Assembly (NCBI GenBank): GCA_004524535.1
Contig: SDNY01000096.1
Location: 1 to 14,239, forward strand
Source: Promethearchaeota archaeon
GTDB lineage: Archaea; Asgardarchaeota; Lokiarchaeia; Sigyniarchaeales; SOKP01
DNA: 14,239 nucleotides
Direction of reading: 5' to 3'
Both the position numbers and the translations under genes were made by a program. The notes beneath the pieces were generated by a model. It saw nothing but the letters and a program-made list of their open reading frames with translations, did not search any database and had not been told where the DNA came from. Shown here one piece after another: positions 6,756-14,239 of this stretch (the first letter of the stretch is position 1; every line of letters starts with the position of its first letter).

Positions 6756-7166
6756 TTATTCTGTTTTCTTTTTATACATGCGTGGATCTTTTTTTTCAAG
6801 TGTTAAAGGGTCGCCGCCGTACTTAATTTTCTTTCCTTCATAATATAATTTTGACTTTTCTTCGCAAATTTCATTCCATTTTTCTAATCCATGCTTCTGA
6901 ATCATAATTAAATTGTATACTTTTGAATTATGAGGAGCAAAAATCTCAAAATTTACAATAGGTTGAAGCATTTCACACGGAAAATCTGCACATTCATAAC
7001 AAAAATTGTATCCCTTACTTGTAACACATTCATAAGTCTTGCATACTGGAAAATCTTTTACTTGGCCTTTTTGTTCTAGGCATCCTTTACAATTATAGAA
7101 CTTTACTCCCGGACATCTTTTACAATAGATTCCACAAGGAGCGTGCCATTTTAGTTCATCACTCAT
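6756..7166 (-). CDS. DUF3795-like Cys-rich (putative Zn/Fe-S) protein
   Basis: APCGIYCKRC, CKGC, CKTYEC, FCYECADFPC and N...IQKHGLEKW, the typical DUF3795 Cys pattern. Confidence 0.85.
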   Translation of the reverse strand: MSDELKWHAPCGIYCKRCPGVKFYNCKGCLEQKGQVKDFPVCKTYECVTSKGYNFCYECADFPCEMLQPIVNFEIFAPHNSKVYNLIMIQKHGLEKWNEICEEKSKLYYEGKKIKYGGDPLTLEKKDPRMYKKKTE

Positions 7167-7387
7167 AATATCATCTTATTAAATATTGTATAGTAAATAT
7201 TTTTTTTACTTATTATAAATAAGTTATCTAAAACGGAATATAAATCATCATTTCAGTAAAGAAAAAAGGAGGATCAATCCAATTTTTTAGTTTTCATTAC
7301 CATAACACGAACAATTAAAATATTATTTAAGTATTTATTATATCATATCTACTAAAAAGTATAAGAATTCTAGAGATGGTTTAATTT

Positions 7388-7918
7388 ATGTCAGATCATA
7401 TAATCAAAATAGTTATCGGTGGAGATGGTGGTGTTGGGAAAACTACGCTATTAAATAGGTTTGTTCATGATGAATTTGATTTGAAAACTCAAATGACTAA
7501 GGGTCTTGAATTCTTTCATAAGGAAATTGAAATTGAAGATAAGAATTATGAACTCATTATATGGGATTTAGGAGGCCAGGCACAATTCAAAAGGCTTTTC
7601 CCTAAGTCTAAATGGATCGAAGGCACTTTAGGTGCCCTAGTTTTATTTGATTTAACGCGCTTTAACAGTTTAAATAATCTATATTTTTGGTTGGACTTGT
7701 TAGATCAACAAGGGGACATCCCTATATTGATTATTGGATCTAAGCTTGATATGATCGACGGGGACTCAAAAGATATTGACGATGTAGTATTGAGTATCTT
7801 GGAAGTAAATGACAATTATTTTGATTATATAAAGACCTCTTCTTTAACAGGAGAAAACATAAACGAATCTTTTGAGCTGTTGGTAAGGAAAATAATGAGC
7901 AACGAGAATGTTTCCTAA
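7388..7918 (+). CDS. Rab/Ras-like small GTPase (Asgard type)
   Basis: IKIVIGGDGGVGKTT, TKG, WDLGGQ, variant G4 GSKLD, variant G5 TSSL. No C-terminal Cys. Confidence 0.92.
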   Translation: MSDHIIKIVIGGDGGVGKTTLLNRFVHDEFDLKTQMTKGLEFFHKEIEIEDKNYELIIWDLGGQAQFKRLFPKSKWIEGTLGALVLFDLTRFNSLNNLYFWLDLLDQQGDIPILIIGSKLDMIDGDSKDIDDVVLSILEVNDNYFDYIKTSSLTGENINESFELLVRKIMSNENVS

Positions 7919-7999
7919 TCAATAATTCTCTTTATTAAACTAAAGTGAGCTCTAAATTAAGCTCTATAATTTAAATCCTCTCTTAATTCTATTAAAATA

Positions 8000-8048
8000 G
8001 TCATGAAATCAGAAAATTTTCGCCGTATTTTTTTTTAAATTTCATGAC
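8000..8048. promoter_or_regulatory. 10-bp perfect inverted repeat bracketing the putative promoter of the PolB2 operon
   Basis: GTCATGAAAT (8000-8009) and ATTTCATGAC (8039-8048) enclose AGAAAATTTTCG and a T-run/TTTAAA box. Confidence 0.5.
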
Positions 8049-8072
8049 AAATTACTTCTTTTGGTAATCATT

Positions 8073-8342
8073 ATGGGAAGAACCGTGCCTTCTTTTAGGC
8101 CTGCGTTAGAACATGAAATAGAAAGCTGGAAGGATTTTAAAAGAGCGCTTCGCCCCGAAGATCAGGAACTTTTTCACAAATTAATGAATTTTGCTCGAAT
8201 TCACGCCGATGCGGGGAGTTTGAGCGCCCGTCCAATGCTTTCAGAAATATTATTCATGTCTTTCGCAGTCGAACAAGAAAAAAAAATCGAGTTTTTAGAG
8301 AAAAAAATTAAAGAATTGGAAGAAAAATTAAAGGATAAATAA
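8073..8342 (+). CDS. Small helical PolB2-associated protein (arCOG07300-like)
   Basis: Characteristic N-terminus MGRTVPSFRxALExEIxxWKxFxRALR and a C-terminal coiled coil. Ends 1 nt before polB2. ATG 8073 preferred to TTG 8061. Confidence 0.85.
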   Translation: MGRTVPSFRPALEHEIESWKDFKRALRPEDQELFHKLMNFARIHADAGSLSARPMLSEILFMSFAVEQEKKIEFLEKKIKELEEKLKDK

Positions 8343-8343
8343 T

Positions 8344-10746
8344 TTGGTTTCTCAAGAGCAATTTGACGGCTGGCTTTTGGATGTTTCAACTTTTAGTGAA
8401 GGGGTAATTCTCTGGGTTAAAAAAGAAGGGAAAAATGTGAAGATATTTCAAGATTTTTCCCCTGAATTTTTTGCCGTGCCCAATAAAAGCGCTGGCAACG
8501 ATTTAAAAAGATTAAAAAACATTCTAAAGTCTCATCCAAAAGTAAAATGTGTTCGCATCTGTGAAAAATATGTGAAGTTAGAGGATCATGGGAAAACGAA
8601 AATTTTTGGTGTTTCCGTGTCAAAACCTTCAGTATTTAAAAAGGTGATTAGCGAAATCGACGAAGTAGGGCTTTTTACTCTCTATAATACGGATCTACCG
8701 ATCTCGCAGATGTATTTCTACATAAACGATCTATTCCCGATGTCTCGCTGTAAATTTACAGTGAAAATTGAGAGGGACAAAAGGAAAAAGGAAAAAGTTA
8801 TGCGTTTGCTCTCCTTAGAGTTGAAGGACGATAATGAAGAACTATTTTATGAATTGCCTCCGTTAAGGGCAGTGTGGTTAGATATTAAAGTCCAGAAGCG
8901 CGGAATTAGAGCATACTACAACGACCCTCTTGCTTACGCTATAGTAAGTATTGTGGAAAATGATGAAAACAATGTTCCAAGAGCAGATGGCTACAAAAAG
9001 CGCAAAATTCTGATCGATTTGGCTGACGAGGCAGAAAATCTGATAATGATAAGTAGAGTAATTGAGAAAATCGATCCCGATATAATTCTCACGCAGAACG
9101 GAGATGAGTTCATGTTTCCATATTTGGTTGCACGTGCGTCAAAAAATCGTGTATCAATGGATCTTTACTTATCTCGAGATAAGACTCCCCTTAAAAACTG
9201 TCTTATTGAACTTTCAGGGGGTTCTGACCATTATATGTCCTATGGAATTATTCGACGTCGTTCAAAAACTCAAGTTTATTTTACGGGAAGATTTCATTTG
9301 GACACGACCACTTACGCCAGCCTTCACTTCACTGAAGGAAACATTCCTGGCGTTATTGAAGTAGCACGCATATCCCGGGTCCCTCTCCAACGATTAGCAC
9401 GAATTACAATCGGCGGAGCATTGCAGTCGATTCAATTTTACAATGCCTATAAGCTCGATCATTTAATTCCTCCGTTTAAGAAAAGTCCTGAGGGATTTCG
9501 GTCTGGAATGGATTTGATATATGGAGACCGAGGAGGACACATCTTCCAGCCTTTAATTGGTGTGTTTGATCAAGTGGTTGAGCTTGATTTTTCTTCAATG
9601 TATCCTTCTTTAATGTCGGAATATAATGTCTCTTCAGAAACAATAAACTGCAAGTGCTGTAAGGATGATGGAACTGGGATTAAAGTACCTGGATTGGATT
9701 TTCACATTTGTACCAAAAGACGAGGTATCATTGCAGAGTCTATCAGCTTACCCTTGGGAAAAAGGTTGCAGTACAAGGACTATAATAAAACTCACGATGA
9801 AATTCGATACAAATTCACTGACATTGCCCTGAAATGGGTGCTTGTTGTAAGCTTTGGGTATTTAGGGTTTAAAAACGCCCGCTTTGGGAAGATAGAGGCT
9901 CATCAGACGGTCTGTGCTTTTGCTCGTGAATTTCTCATGCGTGCTGCAGAGATTGCCGAGAGATATGGGTGCCAAATTATTCACGGCATTGTAGACTCTC
10001 TATGGCTGAAAGACACAAAGGGAAGGACTCCTGAAGAATTCGACAATGTGACCAAGAAAATCGTCGAAGATATTTCAAAAGAGACAAGGATTCCTATGAA
10101 TTGGGAAGGAAGGTATAATGTAATAGTATTCCTTCCATCCCGGGCAGAACCTGATATACCTGCACTCAGTCATTACTGGGGCATCAAAAGCGACGGAGAA
10201 CTTAAGGTAAGAGGCATTGAAGTCAGGCGACGCGACATCCCAAAAATCGTAAAAGACGCCCAATATACACTTATTGATGTGTTCAAAGGTGCGACTTCTG
10301 TTGAAGAATTCATGGATAGAATTCCCGACGCAAGAAAAAAGCTCTTTGAATATGTGGATCGAATACTCTCAGGCAAGATATCGAGAGAAGAACTGACAAT
10401 AAAGCAAAGGATCTCTCGTAAACCTTCGGCTTACAAAGTAAATTCATATCAAGCTGTCGCAGCAAGGCAACTGGAACGATCTGGGGTTGTAACCTCGGCA
10501 GGAAAAAATGTAAGATACATAATTCTCAACGCAGAAGCCGATCCTAACTTTCCAGAAAAAAAGGTAATCCTTTCAGACTTGTACGACCCAAGGAAACATC
10601 AATACGACAAAAAAAAATACATCGAATTGTTAAAAAGAGCGTTTGAAAACATCTTTCCTTTTGAATTCCCTGAGCTTGAAATCTTATTGACAAAAGATTA
10701 TAAAAATAGTTCTGTTCAAAAAGATTTATCATGTTTTGTGGATTAA
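8344..10746 (+). CDS. polB2: Family B DNA polymerase, archaeal PolB2 group
   Basis: Motif A ELDFSSMYPS; motif B LKWVLVVSFGYLG; motif C altered to IHGIVDSLW (YGDTDS in replicative PolB); KVRGIEVRRRD; Cys insert CKCC...HIC; degraded exonuclease motifs (LDIKV, NGDEFMFPYL). TTG start. Confidence 0.93.
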   Translation: MVSQEQFDGWLLDVSTFSEGVILWVKKEGKNVKIFQDFSPEFFAVPNKSAGNDLKRLKNILKSHPKVKCVRICEKYVKLEDHGKTKIFGVSVSKPSVFKKVISEIDEVGLFTLYNTDLPISQMYFYINDLFPMSRCKFTVKIERDKRKKEKVMRLLSLELKDDNEELFYELPPLRAVWLDIKVQKRGIRAYYNDPLAYAIVSIVENDENNVPRADGYKKRKILIDLADEAENLIMISRVIEKIDPDIILTQNGDEFMFPYLVARASKNRVSMDLYLSRDKTPLKNCLIELSGGSDHYMSYGIIRRRSKTQVYFTGRFHLDTTTYASLHFTEGNIPGVIEVARISRVPLQRLARITIGGALQSIQFYNAYKLDHLIPPFKKSPEGFRSGMDLIYGDRGGHIFQPLIGVFDQVVELDFSSMYPSLMSEYNVSSETINCKCCKDDGTGIKVPGLDFHICTKRRGIIAESISLPLGKRLQYKDYNKTHDEIRYKFTDIALKWVLVVSFGYLGFKNARFGKIEAHQTVCAFAREFLMRAAEIAERYGCQIIHGIVDSLWLKDTKGRTPEEFDNVTKKIVEDISKETRIPMNWEGRYNVIVFLPSRAEPDIPALSHYWGIKSDGELKVRGIEVRRRDIPKIVKDAQYTLIDVFKGATSVEEFMDRIPDARKKLFEYVDRILSGKISREELTIKQRISRKPSAYKVNSYQAVAARQLERSGVVTSAGKNVRYIILNAEADPNFPEKKVILSDLYDPRKHQYDKKKYIELLKRAFENIFPFEFPELEILLTKDYKNSSVQKDLSCFVD

Positions 10747-10771
10747 GTGAGTTCGCGAATAATTATTAAAA

Positions 10772-10792
10772 TTGAGTGTCAAAGTTACTCAA
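10772..10792. terminator. Small hairpin between the convergent polB2 and UbiA-like genes
   Basis: TTGAGT-9 nt-ACTCAA within a 50-nt convergent gap. Confidence 0.25.
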
Positions 10793-10796
10793 CCCA

Positions 10797-11765
10797 TTAT
10801 ACTGAGAGTAAGATTGCCATTAACATTGTTAACATACCGAAGGAAACTAATAAGCCTGCTTTCTTTGGAATTTTATTATTTGAGATGCTACGTCGGGTTA
10901 ATAAACAAGCCAAGCCAACTAATGGAATATATATGATGATCATAATAAATAAAAACGCCCTAGGATAAGCAATACCCTTAAATAGGACAGTTAAGAGTAG
11001 AGTTACATATATACCCCCTGCTAGAGCAATTGCAATAATTTGAGAAAACATGGACTTTTTTAATAAATCCTTACTCTGAGCGTTAGTTAATCTTATATTG
11101 ACCGATCTTTTCTTTAAATTTTTTTTTATTTTGTCCTTTGTTGGTGCTTTATCCTTTTTTGAAAAAATCCTTTTACGCAGGTTCTTGATCCTATGTTTCT
11201 TTTCTTTTACTATATCTTCTAAATCTCTTGCTTCTTTTATATATTCTCTTGATAATTGTAGAAAAAAGAAAGTAAAAAAGAAAAATAAGACATATATTGG
11301 AAAGATTACAAGATTTAGACTAGCTCCATAGATTAAACCAAGAGAAAATGATAGACACATTAAAATTTTTATAACAATCTCACTTTTATCTTTTTTTGAT
11401 GCAAAGAGACTGAGTCCTATCCAGAGACCTCCAATTACAATAAGTGGAATTAATATAAGAATATCAAGATTAAAGACTGCCATATTTATTAAAGTCACGG
11501 TAAATCCAATGGCATACATAATGATACTCATAATAAATGCATGTAATGATATTTTTTCATCAGAATTTTGAAGATATTTAACCATCAGTAAGCCCGAAAG
11601 CGCTAGAAATAAATATGCTGTTATCCCAAGTAATATATTTGTTTCATATCTACCAATTCCTACGTTAAATCTAGTAAGATATAGTCCGAAAACTACGATA
11701 ATCATCCCTTTAATACAAGTTTCCCAGAAATCTCTTAATGCATTTCCATTCTTTTTCTTATTCAA
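10797..11765 (-). CDS. UbiA prenyltransferase-like (DGGGP synthase-like) multi-pass membrane protein, degenerate
   Basis: About 8-9 hydrophobic segments. LSREYIKEARDLED resembles the second UbiA Asp-rich motif (REIIKDIED). The first NDxxD motif is not seen, and a long Lys-rich loop follows the second motif. Confidence 0.6.
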   Translation of the reverse strand: MNKKKNGNALRDFWETCIKGMIIVVFGLYLTRFNVGIGRYETNILLGITAYLFLALSGLLMVKYLQNSDEKISLHAFIMSIIMYAIGFTVTLINMAVFNLDILILIPLIVIGGLWIGLSLFASKKDKSEIVIKILMCLSFSLGLIYGASLNLVIFPIYVLFFFFTFFFLQLSREYIKEARDLEDIVKEKKHRIKNLRKRIFSKKDKAPTKDKIKKNLKKRSVNIRLTNAQSKDLLKKSMFSQIIAIALAGGIYVTLLLTVLFKGIAYPRAFLFIMIIIYIPLVGLACLLTRRSISNNKIPKKAGLLVSFGMLTMLMAILLSV

Positions 11766-11779
11766 TTTTTTATCATCTC

Positions 11780-13846
11780 TTATGGTGCCTTATAATATCT
11801 CGAACTATTACTAAAATTAAGTTCTAAGTAGTGACCTTCATGTTCTATGATTGTTCTAGTTGTATAAAAATCTTGCTGGCAATATTGATTATCGAATCGT
11901 TTATAATCTCCTAAATCAATTTCAATACCATCTACATACATAGGTTCATCCCAACTCACAGTCACATCGCCTTGAGAAGGGGAAGTATAACTAATATCAT
12001 ATCCTAAGGATAATGGAGTAACACTCATGGTGATATCCAATATAGCGTCCTGAAAATTCTCAAAAGATCCATAAGTATCCTTATCACCTAATTCTACAAC
12101 ATATAAATTCTTAGAACCTCGGGTTTGAAGCTCGTAATCTGAAACCCATGTTGAAGGTTCATAAGTGTAAAGTGCCACATAACCGTCATCTTTAGCACCC
12201 ATTGACCATTTATCGGTCAAATAAACATCTTCAAAAGCCCATTGAGGAAAATAAGCATGGTTATAAAATTTAAAGCCTGTAAAGAGATTCATTAAGAATA
12301 TCATTAACTCTGCTTCAAATGGCATAACCTCTCTATCGTATTGGATGACACCAATATTCTTATATAAGGTCGCTCGAGGTTTCCACCCGCCCATAAAAAA
12401 TTGGTCTAAACCATGAGTATATCCACCTGGAGAATTTGTAAAAACATAAGCATCATCATCCAAAGTCGCCTGCCAAATCATTTCTTGTGCTCCGTTCATT
12501 CCTTTCATGTGATCTTGTACGCCTGAAAGTTGATAATTTGATGTCCGATATGTATAGATATTTGCAGCCTCAAGCATAATCCCTTGGGTTATCCCTTTGA
12601 TTGTTTGGGAATAATCGCTAAGAGAAAGTCCTTTTATGAAGGCCATGAATTTTATAAAATCCATGAGGATTTGAGGGCCAAATAAAGTCATAGGATCTCT
12701 ATTATTTTCTTCTACATGATCAAATGTTGGTTCAATTGTTTGAGGTGCTAAGTGAGCTTGTAATCCTAACCAATACATTAAATCATCTTCATAGTCTACT
12801 CCATATTTATCTCCTTCACTTAAATATAGATTATGTCTCTCCTTGCTTTCACAATAAAGGGTTGCATTTTGCGCAATTAGTTCAAATATGGGGGGAGGAG
12901 CATAATGATCACTTGTCGCCAAAGCAACTGCTGCCATATTGTTACCATTAGAAGCATAATGCCTTCCTATTCCCAATATAATCCATACCGCCTCTGAGAC
13001 ACTATCGTGTGTAGGTGTGCCTACATGAGAATCGTCATAAGTACGCCCCATTGAAGTTGCATACCTGTTTTTATAATAATTAATAGCAAAACCAAAAGCC
13101 ATCAGATCTAGCACCATGGCTGCTTTTCGCGCAATTTCCTCATCTAAAGCAAAGTCTACCAGATTTACTAAAGCAGCAATATCTTCAACATAATAGGTAT
13201 TTGAGTGCCATTCAGAAAATCCAAATTTACCGCGCCAATTTAACCATTGTTTAACGTAAGGAGTTGCATGTATGACTTTCTCATCTCCAGTCATATCTGA
13301 ATTTTTGAAAATATCACCGGGAAATAATTGTCCAACAAGTAGTTCCGATGTATGATAGAGGATTTGATGATTCTCTGTTGTAAAGATTGCTGAATCACTG
13401 CTAGGTTCATCATGCCAATATTTTGCTTTCCCTAAAGCATCACATACTTTATCCCTTGTAGCTGTAGACAAAATTGATTTATTTATATCTAAATAGAGCA
13501 TCCTAATTAAGGAATTCATTCTAAAATCCATACAATCTTTATATTTTTTAATTGGTCCAAGTGCATCGATAATCGAACTATCATTTACTGCCATATTTAA
13601 ATAAATTCTTGAAGATTGTGCATAAAAATCCTCATAATTTACACTGTCATTTAAATATATATCCTGTCGAGTTCTATATCCAACCGTGGCATTAAAATAA
13701 TCAAACATATCAAAATTTCGAATAAAAGTAGTACGCATCGTGTATTCCCATTGTACATTAATCTCTTCAGCAGATATAAGGGAAATTTGTTGAACAAGTA
13801 TCATAAGAATGATAGGAATCGCTAAAGATCGGGCTTTTTTATACAT
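11780..13846 (-). CDS. Large secreted protein, possibly heparinase II/III or polysaccharide-lyase-like fold
   Basis: N-terminal signal peptide (MYKKARSLAIPIILMILVQQISLISA). Motifs TENHQILY, GFSEWHSNTYY and SMGRTY in a helical N-half; beta-rich C-half. The family assignment is tentative. Confidence 0.6.
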   Translation of the reverse strand: MYKKARSLAIPIILMILVQQISLISAEEINVQWEYTMRTTFIRNFDMFDYFNATVGYRTRQDIYLNDSVNYEDFYAQSSRIYLNMAVNDSSIIDALGPIKKYKDCMDFRMNSLIRMLYLDINKSILSTATRDKVCDALGKAKYWHDEPSSDSAIFTTENHQILYHTSELLVGQLFPGDIFKNSDMTGDEKVIHATPYVKQWLNWRGKFGFSEWHSNTYYVEDIAALVNLVDFALDEEIARKAAMVLDLMAFGFAINYYKNRYATSMGRTYDDSHVGTPTHDSVSEAVWIILGIGRHYASNGNNMAAVALATSDHYAPPPIFELIAQNATLYCESKERHNLYLSEGDKYGVDYEDDLMYWLGLQAHLAPQTIEPTFDHVEENNRDPMTLFGPQILMDFIKFMAFIKGLSLSDYSQTIKGITQGIMLEAANIYTYRTSNYQLSGVQDHMKGMNGAQEMIWQATLDDDAYVFTNSPGGYTHGLDQFFMGGWKPRATLYKNIGVIQYDREVMPFEAELMIFLMNLFTGFKFYNHAYFPQWAFEDVYLTDKWSMGAKDDGYVALYTYEPSTWVSDYELQTRGSKNLYVVELGDKDTYGSFENFQDAILDITMSVTPLSLGYDISYTSPSQGDVTVSWDEPMYVDGIEIDLGDYKRFDNQYCQQDFYTTRTIIEHEGHYLELNFSNSSRYYKAP

Positions 13847-14239
13847 CTCAATAATAAATATTTAAGGGTACTTAAAAAGAATTTTTAAAAACCTCTCTGA
13901 TTTTTGTCGGTACACCCCCGCCTTCTATTCTCTTTTCTTTTCTCTTAAAAGCTTGTACATAATTGTCTTATTCCGTTCTTTCGCAGCGGATTATAATTTA
14001 AAGACCCTAAATATTAATATTCGAATTTTTACTAACTTTATGAATTAGAAAATTTACACGGTGTCTTAATTTATTATTTATAAAATGAGTATTAAAAATA
14101 AGATGTCAAAAGCATTAACAAAAGTATCTTCATATTTCGATTGGGAATTAAAATTTAAAAAAACCTCAAATTTTAAGCATAATACTAATTCTAATTATAA
14201 TTCAAATTTGAATAAAGATAATAAAAATTCCCTTGGAAT

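Noticed and set aside
7740-10732. Short ORFs overlapping the GTPase, accessory gene and polB2 (7740, 8201, 8417, 9104, 10075, 10173, 10544)
   Set aside because: They lie within or across well-supported genes on the other strand or frame and have no recognisable features.
10747-12951. ORFs 10747-10968, 11098-11331 and 12724-12951 (+)
   Set aside because: Antisense to the UbiA-like and secreted protein genes.

Overview
AT-rich archaeal window, most likely Asgard/Lokiarchaeia; this is inferred from two Rab-like small GTPases without prenylation tails, a PolB2 module and GAGGTG/GGTGA Shine-Dalgarno sites. It encodes a Rab-like GTPase, a sirtuin, a Cys/His membrane protein, a flavodoxin, a small membrane protein, an inactivated RadA paralog (iRadA), a ParE/RelE-type toxin-antitoxin pair with a frameshifted toxin, an unannotated 32-aa Lys/Ala/Pro histone-H1-like microprotein, a radical SAM/SPASM enzyme, a DUF3795-like Cys protein, a second GTPase, the PolB2 accessory protein plus PolB2, a degenerate UbiA-like protein and a large secreted protein. 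The main observation lies between the convergent iRadA (+) and DUF3795-like (-) genes: a stacked array of three units, each built as [iRadA 3' end]-cargo-[DUF3795 3' end]. There are three diverged copies of each gene end, joined back-to-back at ~4870 and ~5475. The three cargos differ (TA pair, H1-like peptide, radical SAM enzyme) and no integrase or transposase is present in the window.
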